DNA of 64,000 bases from Thermoproteota archaeon (GCA_029258885.1 JAPDJW010000002.1:160001-224000), one strand, 5' to 3'; positions 49,059-59,141 are shown, counted from the stretch's first letter. Made by a program: numbers and translations. The notes: generated from the sequence alone by a model not told the origin.

Positions 49059-52000
49059 ATGAGGAGGAGGACTATAATATTGTTATTACTATTCTTCAGT
49101 CAAACCCTGGCATGGGCACATGGTTCCTCCTATGGGGCTTTTCCCATTGATAATATTAACTTCGACCACATAGCGGCTATGGCGGAGAAGATTTCAAGCT
49201 TTGAGTCCCGCGTTACGGGCTATCCGGGATATTATAGGACATTAACATATATAGAGAGACTAGCCGCAAATTTTGCGAATAAGCGTGGTTTAGATATTAT
49301 TAAACAGAATTTCACGGTTTTGGTGCCACTTGAGATAGAATCGTATCTAGTAGTTGGGAATACTAAATACAGGGCGTACGCTATGTGGCCTAATCTCGTG
49401 CATACTTGCAAGACCGTAAAGCCTATTTCGGGAAAGTTTGTCTACGCTAAAGGTGGTGGAATTGAAGAGATAAATGGTCTTCCATTAAATGGAAGTATAG
49501 CATTCCTTGATTTTAACTCGGGCTATAACTGGCTTAGGATAGCTAGTTTAGGGGCGAAAGCCATAGTGTTCGTGGAGCCGAACTCCACTAATACATACGA
49601 GTCTTTAACTAAGTTCATAGAGGTGCCTATAAACATTCCGAGACTATATGTAAGGAAAGATACATTCGAGGAAATACTGAGAATTAATCCCGAGGAGGTA
49701 AGCGTTTTTCTTAATATGGAGTTTAGGGAGGTTAATGCTACGAACATAGTAGTCGAAGTACCAGGTTCAAATGAGAATTTAAGGAATGAGATAATAGTGG
49801 TAGCAACGTATCTGGATTCTTTCTCACCAGTACCCATGCTTTCCCCCGGCTTTAGTGAGGCCATATCTACGGCATACCTACTAAACCTGCTTGAAATACT
49901 TGCCGAGAATCCCACCGAAAGAACGGTCTGGATAGTATTCCTTTCGGGACACTGGCAGGCATTAGCTGGAGCCAGATACTTCGTTGAAAAGTTTTTCCTA
50001 AATGAGGGTAGGAGGATTGTAGCCTTTATAGGACTGGATCTAAGCAACGATAAGGGCAAACTGGGACTAATGTACAAAGGCTATTTCTATGAGTTCTATG
50101 CGCCCAACGTTGAGAGGTGGATTTTCTGGCTTAAAAATAAGATCTTTGGAGATGGAGGCTATTTAGATAAGCTATCTGAGCTAAGCGACTTTGAGTACAG
50201 GGAGCTAATAGTTGATGCATTAGTTAAAAACTATGGATGGTGGGGTCAAATGTATGGACCGTACATCCTTGACAGCGAGCCCTTTGTAGTAGCTCACGGG
50301 CTAGGTTTTACGATAGCGGATCAGATAGAGTTTCCAACGCTCAAATTAACTCCAATAGACGAAGTTAGAAACTTAGATAGGGAGAATTTGCTACGGAAGT
50401 TGGAAATTGCGACAGCTATTATCTATGGGCTTGCTAACGAGCCGGACTATATTAGCTGGAGCGATATATCCCCCGAGAGGATTAAATGGAGTGCTGGAGG
50501 AGCTGACGTGGCAGGCTTTATTACAATGGAGGGGGAGGTTCTAGTATATAATGTAAGTAGCGGATGGTATACAGCGCTAGGGAACGCCATAGTTATAGTG
50601 TCTCGTTACGGTCTCGATTATCTAGAGTTCCCATTCACTAGAATATATGTTAAAAGCAATGAAAATGGTAAATTTAGGGTACTAGGACTTGGACATGGAT
50701 CGGCCGTAGGTTGGTACTACGTAGAAGCCTACGTCCTAGATAATACCACTGGAGACATAATTTATGCGCCGGATTACGGTGTTTACGGCTATAGACAGCT
50801 ATCCTTCGCATACTCTCCTGATAGCCATCCAGTTAAAGCATCAACCGTCGTCTTTAGGTGCGCTACCATAAACATATTTGATTTAGTTGATCCCCTCGGC
50901 CTTAGAAGAACGGTATATTATGATAGAAGGTTCATGAAGACATACACGAGATTCACGGGGGGCACAATTTACCACTTATGGCTAAACTTAGGCTCCTCGC
51001 TTTCAATACTCGATAAAAGCACTTTAAGTGAATACATTAGGTGGGGAGCATGCGTACATAGGGGAATTGGCGCGGCTTCAATATTTGTTCCATTAAACTC
51101 TACGACTGTTATACTATTTAAGATAGGGCAGCCAGCTGCCACGGTAGGTATTCTGGCAAATGCATCACGTGAGTACCCTAATGGGGTTGGCTTTAAGTGC
51201 CAGGCTAAATCGATTAGCGTTAAATTCTCCTCCTTTATATTTGCTAGAGATCTATATCTGGTGGCTTTAAAAAGATATTCTATACTTAAAGAGAACGGCA
51301 TAAGAGATCCATTAGCTGAAAAATACCTGGATCTAGCGGGGCTTTACCTTGCCGATATTAAACGTGAAATTAAAGAAAACAATTACGGCTATGCCTATAC
51401 TCTAAGCATTATAGCGTGGAATACTTCATTAAAAGCTTACAGAAGGATTATGGGAATGATAAGTGATACGATGACTGTAAACTTAATGTATTTCCTCCTA
51501 ACTGTTCTATTCATATTCTTCCTAGATTTAATATTATTTAAGAAAAGAACGATTAAGGAGATTGCCTTTATAGCCGGAGCAACTGCAGGATTAATACTGA
51601 TTTACTACCTAATACATCCGGCTCCCAAGATAAGTCAAAGCTTCATAATATCTCCGCTCTCAGTAACTCTCGAGATACTATTCTTGTTTGTCGCTGTACT
51701 ATTTCTGAGAAACTTCTCCCTCATAATTAAGGAGGCTGCTAAGAGGGTATCTGGGACACATAGGATAGAGGAGGATTTCTTTGCTTTAGCCTCTTTATCA
51801 TTTAAGTACTCGATAGAGAACGTTATGAGGCGTAAAATTAGGGCTATGCTGATAATGATTAACCTTACAACAATAATGTTTGCAATGGTTGCACTTACCT
51901 CAGCTTATCCATCTCAAATGACGGTGGAAGGTTACGTTGGAGGAAGCGCAATTTATGAGGGTGTAATGATAAGCTATGGGTTTGAAAACACACCGGCTAA

Positions 52001-53474
52001 CGTAATAGACTACGATCTCTCCAAGGCTATCCTACCGCTATTACGCGGGCTAGACTACAAGATAAGCTACAGGATCTGGCTCTACCCACAGTCATACAGG
52101 GGCTCTTCAGTATTTATCTTAGCTACATATAATGGCAGGACTTACAAGTTCAAGTCAATATTAGGCTTATCTCCCGACGAAATAGAGCTTAGATCCGGAA
52201 TAAAGGATATGATGATAGGCAGATGGTTTGAGCACTACGATGAGTACGTATGCATTATCTCAAGCAGCGCAGCCGAGAAACTTGGCATTAACATATACGA
52301 TAAGTTGAGTCTGGGAGGGCTCAATTTAACAGTAATAGGTATTCTAGATTCCTCAGCTATAGAGTATCTCAAGGATCTTGATGGAAGCTACATAGTCCCC
52401 GTGGATCCGGACGACGTCGTTAGCTTAAAGGTTGGCATAGTATCGGAGGAAGTTAGGAAGCCAGTATCGCTAGATGAAATAATCATAGTCCCCGATAGGT
52501 TGGCACTGAAGCTGGGAGGCTATGTCTCAAGCATAGCAGTTAAGGTAGACTATGAGCATGCACTTAACATAGCAAGGAATCTATCCCTAGTATTGGAGGG
52601 TCCAGCCATCTATCTGTCTGATGGATCGAGGGTAGTAACGGTAAGCGTTATTTCAGGTCTAGAAATATACGGATGGAACTACCTGCTAATTCCGCTCATA
52701 ATAGGTTCATTCACGGTAGTGATATCCATTATGGGCAATATTAGAGAGAGAAAATCTGAAATAGACGTATACTCGGCCATAGGCCTGCCTCCAAGCGGAA
52801 TAGTAGTGATGTTTATGACGGAAGCCTTAATATACGGGGTTATAGCTGCGGTCATAGGCTATATAGCTGGTGTCGCTACAAACAGAATCCTAGTAGGACG
52901 TGGCTTGCTTCCTCCAAGCTTTATGATAAACGTATCGTCCTCCTTCATGATTATAGCATTTGTAATTATAATGTTATCAACAATTCTTTCAGCGCTCTTC
53001 CCCTCTCTATCGGCATCAAAGATGGTTACTCCTTCGCTTAGAAGAAAATGGAGAGCTACCAAGCCTGTAGGGATAAGGTGGGAGGTCCCCTTACCATTCA
53101 CAGCTAGCAGTATAGCTGAGGCTAGGGGTATGCTTAGGTATCTAGCGGAATTCTTAGGATACCATAAGATAGAGACCCCCGATCCATTTTTCGTGGATGA
53201 ACTGAAGGTTGATCTCGATAACCTAAGGATAGATGCTAAAATGACACTTAAGCCCCTTGAGTCGGGAGTAAAGCAGAGCTTCGTTCTTTCCGCTAGAAGG
53301 TTTGGCGGTAGGTATACATTCGCCGTCTCGATAACTAGGCTGAGCGGTTCTAAGGAAATATGGAGAACCGTCAACTATAAGGTTATAGATGCCGTAAGGA
53401 AGCAGTTTCTACTATGGAGAAGCCTACCCGAGGAGGAGGCATTAAAGTACATTAGAGGTGAGAAGCATGTATGA
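49059..53474 (+). CDS. PA + M28 peptidase-like ectodomain fused to MacB/FtsX-like permease, module copy 3
   Basis: ATG after GGAGGG. ATYLDSFS, SGHWQALAGA, NVMRRKIRA and GNIRERKSEIDVYSAIGLPP. Confidence 0.85.
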   Translation: MRRRTIILLLLFFSQTLAWAHGSSYGAFPIDNINFDHIAAMAEKISSFESRVTGYPGYYRTLTYIERLAANFANKRGLDIIKQNFTVLVPLEIESYLVVGNTKYRAYAMWPNLVHTCKTVKPISGKFVYAKGGGIEEINGLPLNGSIAFLDFNSGYNWLRIASLGAKAIVFVEPNSTNTYESLTKFIEVPINIPRLYVRKDTFEEILRINPEEVSVFLNMEFREVNATNIVVEVPGSNENLRNEIIVVATYLDSFSPVPMLSPGFSEAISTAYLLNLLEILAENPTERTVWIVFLSGHWQALAGARYFVEKFFLNEGRRIVAFIGLDLSNDKGKLGLMYKGYFYEFYAPNVERWIFWLKNKIFGDGGYLDKLSELSDFEYRELIVDALVKNYGWWGQMYGPYILDSEPFVVAHGLGFTIADQIEFPTLKLTPIDEVRNLDRENLLRKLEIATAIIYGLANEPDYISWSDISPERIKWSAGGADVAGFITMEGEVLVYNVSSGWYTALGNAIVIVSRYGLDYLEFPFTRIYVKSNENGKFRVLGLGHGSAVGWYYVEAYVLDNTTGDIIYAPDYGVYGYRQLSFAYSPDSHPVKASTVVFRCATINIFDLVDPLGLRRTVYYDRRFMKTYTRFTGGTIYHLWLNLGSSLSILDKSTLSEYIRWGACVHRGIGAASIFVPLNSTTVILFKIGQPAATVGILANASREYPNGVGFKCQAKSISVKFSSFIFARDLYLVALKRYSILKENGIRDPLAEKYLDLAGLYLADIKREIKENNYGYAYTLSIIAWNTSLKAYRRIMGMISDTMTVNLMYFLLTVLFIFFLDLILFKKRTIKEIAFIAGATAGLILIYYLIHPAPKISQSFIISPLSVTLEILFLFVAVLFLRNFSLIIKEAAKRVSGTHRIEEDFFALASLSFKYSIENVMRRKIRAMLIMINLTTIMFAMVALTSAYPSQMTVEGYVGGSAIYEGVMISYGFENTPANVIDYDLSKAILPLLRGLDYKISYRIWLYPQSYRGSSVFILATYNGRTYKFKSILGLSPDEIELRSGIKDMMIGRWFEHYDEYVCIISSSAAEKLGINIYDKLSLGGLNLTVIGILDSSAIEYLKDLDGSYIVPVDPDDVVSLKVGIVSEEVRKPVSLDEIIIVPDRLALKLGGYVSSIAVKVDYEHALNIARNLSLVLEGPAIYLSDGSRVVTVSVISGLEIYGWNYLLIPLIIGSFTVVISIMGNIRERKSEIDVYSAIGLPPSGIVVMFMTEALIYGVIAAVIGYIAGVATNRILVGRGLLPPSFMINVSSSFMIIAFVIIMLSTILSALFPSLSASKMVTPSLRRKWRATKPVGIRWEVPLPFTASSIAEARGMLRYLAEFLGYHKIETPDPFFVDELKVDLDNLRIDAKMTLKPLESGVKQSFVLSARRFGGRYTFAVSITRLSGSKEIWRTVNYKVIDAVRKQFLLWRSLPEEEALKYIRGEKHV

Positions 53475-55422
53475 GAGACGCTTTAAATCAGGATTTACTA
53501 GAAGGTCTATACTAGCGCTCATATTTACCTCATTCACGATACTTCCTGTACAAATACTGCTTAGACTTACATCAGGAGAATCTATCGCCGCTGCAGCAGC
53601 ATACATAACTATAATTCTCTTTACTGAAATATCAGTATTCCTAGGAAATCCGCTAAGCAAGCAGGAGGTTTTCATAATATACTCGCTCGCAGCTCTTGCT
53701 GGAACAGCTGCGCCGTTTCTAGACTTCGTATACTACGCGTACTTTAAGACTTCAGAAATAGCGTGGTCGCTTAAGAATCCCTATACTGGAAGGCCCATAC
53801 CGCTTGAAATACCCTCCTTCTACGCCCCTCCAATAGGCTCTTCAGCCTATAGGTTTAGGTCGTTTATACATAGTGACTGGATACTGCCGATATTTGCATT
53901 CACGTTTCAATTCGGACTGCTTCTGGTACTAATGGAGTTTTCCCTAACATTTATGGGAGCGGCGTTATTCATAGATGTTGAAGAACTACCATTCCCCATA
54001 GCAAATGTTCAAGCACAGCTCATAAGCACACTAACTGAAAGAGATAGAGAAAGAATGAAGATATTTACGATAATGGCCGTAGTCTCTTCAATATACGCCT
54101 TCGTGCTTTACGGCATTCCAATATTATCCATGGGGATGTTCGGTACAAGCATTCAGATAATTCCTCTACCATGGCTGGATATGACCACGGGGCTAATAGG
54201 CATAGAGAAAATACTGCCTGGAGCCATGTTTGGAATTTCAACAGACCCCATAGCATGGGGAGTGGGGCTACTCCTATCCTCAGACACTTTAATATACATG
54301 ATTATTGGAAGCATAGCTGTATGGGTTATAGGAAATTACCTAGCTTTAAACGTATTCAGTAGCGAATTTCCCGAGTGGGCAGCTGAGTGGAAGCCTGGCA
54401 TGTCGCTTTCACTAATATGGCAGAGAAGCTACCTCAGGGTATGGTCCTTCATACACCTTGGCATATTTTTCGCTGTTTCAGCTATAATAGTTGCTTCAAA
54501 GTTTAAGAGTCTAATTAAGGCTTTTAAAATATTAATAAATCCTCCGAGAAGAGTGAAGGAGGCAGGATACATAGACATGCGAATACTAGTTTTAACGTAT
54601 GTATCAGCAAGCTTAGCGTCAGTATTATTCTTCCATTACCTAGTTAAAGACTATCCGCTACAGTACATGTGGGCAACAGTAGCATTATCCATGGGTGCGA
54701 GCTTCATATTTGCGCTAGTAAATACGGCTATGCTTGGAGAGACTGGAGCTACCGTCGGAACAATAGGGGGAATAGCTCCTCAGCACCTATTGTGGTATGG
54801 TACGCTATATACAACAGGCTATAAAGGAGTTGCTGCCTTCTTCTTTAACCCTGTTATAGGCGGTATACTATCCCCGAGTTGGGTGCAGGCAATTAAAGTT
54901 GCCCACCTCACCGAAACCAAGCCAATAGATTTCTTCAAGGCATACGCGATAGCTTTCATACTATACCACTTGTTCAGCTTCGTATACGTGTCGGCTTACT
55001 GGGCAATAGCTCCTATACCTTCCTCAGTGTACCCAGCAGCTATGGTTTTCTGGCCAATGGCAGTGCTAAACAAGGGAATGTGGGTAACGAGGAGGATAGT
55101 AGCTAAGCCTACTCTCACGGTATACAGCTTCATAACTATGCTATTACTCGGAGCAGCGGGAACTATTTTATCTAAATTTGGATTGCCGTTCAGCATAATA
55201 GGATTAACCGTAGGCATTACCACCCCGCCACCGTTTCCGGTAGCAGCCTTCCTGGGAGGCGTTATAGGAAGAGTTATAATTAGAAATCTGTATAGCGATG
55301 AATGGTTTAAGAAATATAGGGCGGTTATCGTGGCTGGAATAGCGGCTGGAGAAGGCATAGTCATCGGAATATTCTCAGCGATAGCTCTGATGTCTAAGTC
55401 GGCCTGGCTTCTCCCCTATTAA
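53467..55422 (+). CDS. OPT-superfamily-like membrane protein, class A, module copy 3
   Basis: SGFTRR, PLSKQEVFIIYS, IDVEELPFP, LPGAMFGISTD and WAIAPIPSSVYP. ATG 53467 after GAGGTGA overlaps the upstream stop. Confidence 0.75.
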   Translation: MYERRFKSGFTRRSILALIFTSFTILPVQILLRLTSGESIAAAAAYITIILFTEISVFLGNPLSKQEVFIIYSLAALAGTAAPFLDFVYYAYFKTSEIAWSLKNPYTGRPIPLEIPSFYAPPIGSSAYRFRSFIHSDWILPIFAFTFQFGLLLVLMEFSLTFMGAALFIDVEELPFPIANVQAQLISTLTERDRERMKIFTIMAVVSSIYAFVLYGIPILSMGMFGTSIQIIPLPWLDMTTGLIGIEKILPGAMFGISTDPIAWGVGLLLSSDTLIYMIIGSIAVWVIGNYLALNVFSSEFPEWAAEWKPGMSLSLIWQRSYLRVWSFIHLGIFFAVSAIIVASKFKSLIKAFKILINPPRRVKEAGYIDMRILVLTYVSASLASVLFFHYLVKDYPLQYMWATVALSMGASFIFALVNTAMLGETGATVGTIGGIAPQHLLWYGTLYTTGYKGVAAFFFNPVIGGILSPSWVQAIKVAHLTETKPIDFFKAYAIAFILYHLFSFVYVSAYWAIAPIPSSVYPAAMVFWPMAVLNKGMWVTRRIVAKPTLTVYSFITMLLLGAAGTILSKFGLPFSIIGLTVGITTPPPFPVAAFLGGVIGRVIIRNLYSDEWFKKYRAVIVAGIAAGEGIVIGIFSAIALMSKSAWLLPY

Positions 55423-55485
55423 ATATTCCTTAAATTCTATTTTTGATGAAAATGCTTATATTAGTCAATAAATTTACCTTCTGGC

Positions 55486-56346
55486 ATGAGCCTGAGGAGC
55501 ACCTTAGTAATACTACTAGCGTTAGTTCTCATATTACCCGTAGTTAAAGCTTTACCGCCGGGTTCAGTTGTTCTAGATGTTCCGTATGTACATCAAGTAT
55601 ATGATGTTCCCGAGTGGTTTGATGGCCGCTATTCATGTGGGCCAACTTCGATAGTTATGGTGCTTGCATACTGGAAAGTTATAGAGCCATGGCCGTTCGA
55701 GGCCAGCATGCCATATAAACACACTTCGGAGTACGGAAGGTACGTATGTTGTATCTTTAAGGTTGGAGACTTCGTCTTCGATAAGGGGGAAGTAGATGCT
55801 TCCAGGAGGACTAAGGGGTACGGGGTGCATGGTTTCACATATATACCTGGAGCTGGCATGTCGTGGCAGAAGGCAGTAGATCTATTTAAGATATTCGGCT
55901 TCCAATCATACATAGACTACTCTCCAACATTCGAGGAACTTAAGAGGGAGATTGATAATGGCTATCCAGTATTAATGAGTACCCAGCTAACCAAAGCAGG
56001 ACATATAGTAGTTGCAATAGGATATACTCCGGATGGATGCATAATAGTCAATGATCCAGCTGGCGATAAAAATAGAGGGTCATACTTTAATTACTATGGG
56101 AAACAGGTAGTGTACGACTGGCCAGGCGTTAATAAGGGCCACGTGAACTTAAATAAAGTTAAAGCCTTTATAATAGTACATCCAACGGAAAACCTTAAGA
56201 AAGCAATACCCGTAAGCGAGAGGCCTGAAGAGGAGGATGGAATAAACGTTAAAACGTGGGTATCGCTGGCTATAATCATCGCAGCCGTGTGCCTCATAAT
56301 ATACCTGGGAGTAAGGGAGAAGCTTAAGGCTACACGACCAATCTAA
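55486..56346 (+). CDS. C39-like (papain-fold) cysteine peptidase, secreted with C-terminal TM anchor
   Basis: LDVPYVHQ, SCGPTSIVMVL (Cys), GHIVVAIGY (His) and VNDP (Asp). Confidence 0.85.
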   Translation: MSLRSTLVILLALVLILPVVKALPPGSVVLDVPYVHQVYDVPEWFDGRYSCGPTSIVMVLAYWKVIEPWPFEASMPYKHTSEYGRYVCCIFKVGDFVFDKGEVDASRRTKGYGVHGFTYIPGAGMSWQKAVDLFKIFGFQSYIDYSPTFEELKREIDNGYPVLMSTQLTKAGHIVVAIGYTPDGCIIVNDPAGDKNRGSYFNYYGKQVVYDWPGVNKGHVNLNKVKAFIIVHPTENLKKAIPVSERPEEEDGINVKTWVSLAIIIAAVCLIIYLGVREKLKATRPI

Positions 56347-57562
56347 GTATATCCTCGTATCTCTCCCTCTTCCTTATGATTTTAACCTTGTCCTTAGATA
56401 CTAGTATCTCCATAGGTCTAGGCCTAGAGTTGTAGTTGCTTGCCATGGAATAGCCGTATGCTCCAACGTCTAGTATGGCTAGTATATCGCCCCGCCTGGT
56501 CTCAGGAAACTCGCCATCCAGCAGGAATACATCGGATGATTCACATATTGGACCGCCTATGCTGTATACCGCTTCTTCCCCATGTTCATTGCTTAAATTT
56601 ATTATCCTATGTTTTGCCCCATAGAGTGCAGGTCTAATTAAATCGTTCATTCCTGCATCGACGAGTATCCACCGTCGCCCTCCAGATTCTTTAACATAGT
56701 TAACTTTAGTAAGGAGTATTCCTGATTCTGCAACCAAGTACCTTCCCGGTTCAATGACTACCGTAGGTTCATTTAGCCCGTATTCGTTGCATTTCTCAAA
56801 GTATTTTCTCGATACTTCCTTGAGGCATTTATCTAAGTCTATTCCTTTATCGTAAGCATAAGATACTCCAAATCCTCCTCCTATGTCTACGTATTTAAGC
56901 TCTATTCCGAGCTTATCCAGAATCATACCAGCTATGTCCATAAGCTTACTCATATTCTGAACAAATGGATTAATCTCCCCTATCATCGAACCTATATGTG
57001 AATGTATTCCCAAGGCATTCAGCTTTCTCCATTTAAGAATTCTAGAGTACGCCTTAAACCAGTCTTTTAAATCAACTCCAAATTTACTCCCCCTAGTCCC
57101 TGTCCTAACGTATCTATGCGCTTTAATATGTATATCAAGATTAAATCTGACTCCTACTCTAGACTCCTTATCCAGCTTTTCCGTAATCCTACCTATAACA
57201 TCTATCTCCTCCAGGGACTCTACATTTATAATTAATACGTCGCTAAGAACAGCGTTCTCTATCTCATAATCGCATTTACTAACTCCATCAAAAATTATCT
57301 CCCTACCGCTATATCCGGCTCTAAACGCTGAGAGTATTTCTCCCCAGGACACAGCCTCTACCCCAAATCCATATCCTCGCATTATTTCGAGAATCCTTGG
57401 ATTGCTGTTCGCTTTACATGCATATGTTATCATAAAATTCCTAAAGTACTTACTCATTAACTCTTTTACATGCTCGCATCTATTTTTAATAATGTCTTCG
57501 AAGTAGACGTATAAAGGCGTACCATATTCTTCAGCTAGGCTAATAAGTAGGCTATGATCCAC
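56330..57562 (-). CDS. lysA: Diaminopimelate decarboxylase
   Basis: YGTPLYVY, YACKAN (PLP Lys), SKFG, HSHIGS, DIGGGFG, EPGRYLV, DAGMNDLIRPALY, GPICESSD and GAYGYSMASNYNSRPRP. Confidence 0.93.
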   Translation of the reverse strand: MDHSLLISLAEEYGTPLYVYFEDIIKNRCEHVKELMSKYFRNFMITYACKANSNPRILEIMRGYGFGVEAVSWGEILSAFRAGYSGREIIFDGVSKCDYEIENAVLSDVLIINVESLEEIDVIGRITEKLDKESRVGVRFNLDIHIKAHRYVRTGTRGSKFGVDLKDWFKAYSRILKWRKLNALGIHSHIGSMIGEINPFVQNMSKLMDIAGMILDKLGIELKYVDIGGGFGVSYAYDKGIDLDKCLKEVSRKYFEKCNEYGLNEPTVVIEPGRYLVAESGILLTKVNYVKESGGRRWILVDAGMNDLIRPALYGAKHRIINLSNEHGEEAVYSIGGPICESSDVFLLDGEFPETRRGDILAILDVGAYGYSMASNYNSRPRPMEILVSKDKVKIIRKRERYEDILRLVV

Positions 57563-59087
57563 CGCATATCACCTCAACCATAGCCTCCACGATAGCGGGG
57601 GAAATACCGTATGTTAATACGATCGTCTTTGCCTCCCTTATCATTAAGTAGTCTGTGGGCTCCTTTAATACTATAAGAGCCGATTTATCAAAGCTAGAAA
57701 TAATTCTCTTTGCAAGCTCCAACTGGCCCTTATATCTATAGGCATCATACGTTGCCACTATCACAGCATCCCCTCCCAGCCTATCAACCTCCATAATACA
57801 ATCCTCTACTTCCTCAATTAATGGATTTATGTCTATGGGAACTGTTAAACACTTTACCCCCTTATCCTCAAACTTCCTAATAACCTCTTCCTCCAGCCTA
57901 TTGAAGGGTAGCGGATACATGCTTCTGTATCGCGGCAGGAGAAGGACGATTTTCATTCCCTGTTTAAGCGGTAGGATTTTAGCGGAATCTCTAACGACCC
58001 TTATAGAGTTTAGGCAAATATTCCTGTTAATCTCCTTATGTCTAGTACATCCAACTACAGATAGTGGATAGCTTCTAGACTTTATTTGTAAAGCAAACTT
58101 TCTAAGATTCATAACCCTACTATATGCCTCTAGAATTCTCTTCCTCGAAATCCTCCCCGCCCTAACGTTATCAACTATACTATCCCTAATACTGTATATG
58201 AAGTTCTCATCGTAGCTCATCAGGAGGATGTCGCACCCAGCATTAAGAGCCATAGCCGCTATCTCGCTAGCCTCATATCTATCGTATACAGCTTTCATTA
58301 GTAGAGAATCTGTTATTACAGCGCCTCTAAATCCAAGCTCCCTCCTTAGTATTCCCTCAATAATTCTCCTTGAAAACGTCGCTGGTATAATTTCCTTGTC
58401 GATCTTTGGAAGGGCTACGTGGGCTGTCATTATAAGCTGTATACCAGCATCAACCGCCGCTTTAAAGGGCTTAAGCTCCCTGGATTTAAGAAGCTCTAAG
58501 TCGTGAGTTAGCACGGGAAGGTCTAGGTGTGAGTCTACGGAAGTATCTCCGTGTCCAGGGAAGTGCTTCCCGGTAGCAACAATCCCCTTCTCGTGGAGGC
58601 CACGTATAAACTCAACGCCCATAGATGAGACTAGTTCAGGCGTCGAGCCGAACGATCTTATCCCAATTATAGGGTTGTAGGGGTTAGTATTTATATCAAG
58701 TACTGGCGCAAAATCCACGTTAAATCCCATCGCATTAAGCTCCGCTCCAGCTATCTCCGCAACGGCCCTAGCATACCTGGGAGCTCCCGTGGAGCCTACA
58801 GCCATGTGGCTGGGAATAAATGTTACGTAGTCGTTAAATCGCATAATCAATCCTCCCTCGTGGTCTATAGCGTAGAGAAATCTTGGAATTTCAAGTTCCC
58901 TAGCATATCGGTTAAACTCCGACGTTAGACGTCTAACCTGCTCGGGGTTTCTTATATTACCTATGGTAAAGACAAGGCCGCATGGCTTAATATCCGATAT
59001 TAAATCCCTTGCTTCGTCAACGGAACTTCCCGGAAATCCTATAAACATCAGCTGACCAGCCAAATACTCAAGATCTACCTTTTCCAT
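57552..59087 (-). CDS. nagZ: GH3 beta-N-acetylhexosaminidase with C-terminal GH3 domain, no signal peptide
   Basis: AIDHEGG, RSFG, KHFPGHGDTSVDSH (NagZ signature), MTAHV and ITDSLLM. Start ATG 59087 or 59096. Confidence 0.93.
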   Translation of the reverse strand: MEKVDLEYLAGQLMFIGFPGSSVDEARDLISDIKPCGLVFTIGNIRNPEQVRRLTSEFNRYARELEIPRFLYAIDHEGGLIMRFNDYVTFIPSHMAVGSTGAPRYARAVAEIAGAELNAMGFNVDFAPVLDINTNPYNPIIGIRSFGSTPELVSSMGVEFIRGLHEKGIVATGKHFPGHGDTSVDSHLDLPVLTHDLELLKSRELKPFKAAVDAGIQLIMTAHVALPKIDKEIIPATFSRRIIEGILRRELGFRGAVITDSLLMKAVYDRYEASEIAAMALNAGCDILLMSYDENFIYSIRDSIVDNVRAGRISRKRILEAYSRVMNLRKFALQIKSRSYPLSVVGCTRHKEINRNICLNSIRVVRDSAKILPLKQGMKIVLLLPRYRSMYPLPFNRLEEEVIRKFEDKGVKCLTVPIDINPLIEEVEDCIMEVDRLGGDAVIVATYDAYRYKGQLELAKRIISSFDKSALIVLKEPTDYLMIREAKTIVLTYGISPAIVEAMVEVICGGS

Positions 59088-59103
59088 GGTAAACATCTAT
59101 CCC

Positions 59104-59125
59104 CCAAAAGTATATAACGATTGAT
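59104..59125. promoter_or_regulatory. Shared bidirectional TATA element between divergent nagZ-lysA and murK-murQ-namZ units
   Basis: TATATAA at 59111-59117 (TTATATAC on the minus strand) lies ~30 nt from both GTG 59142 and ATG 59087. Purine-rich BRE-like CCAAAAG lies upstream on the plus strand. Confidence 0.5.
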
Positions 59126-59141
59126 TCGGTATAATGGCTAC

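Noticed and set aside
20239-56346. Convergent 3' overlaps (20239-20255, 31744-31773, 34920-34923, 56330-56346) as antisense regulation
   Set aside because: Short tail-to-tail overlaps are common in compact archaeal genomes, and nothing further supports a regulatory role.
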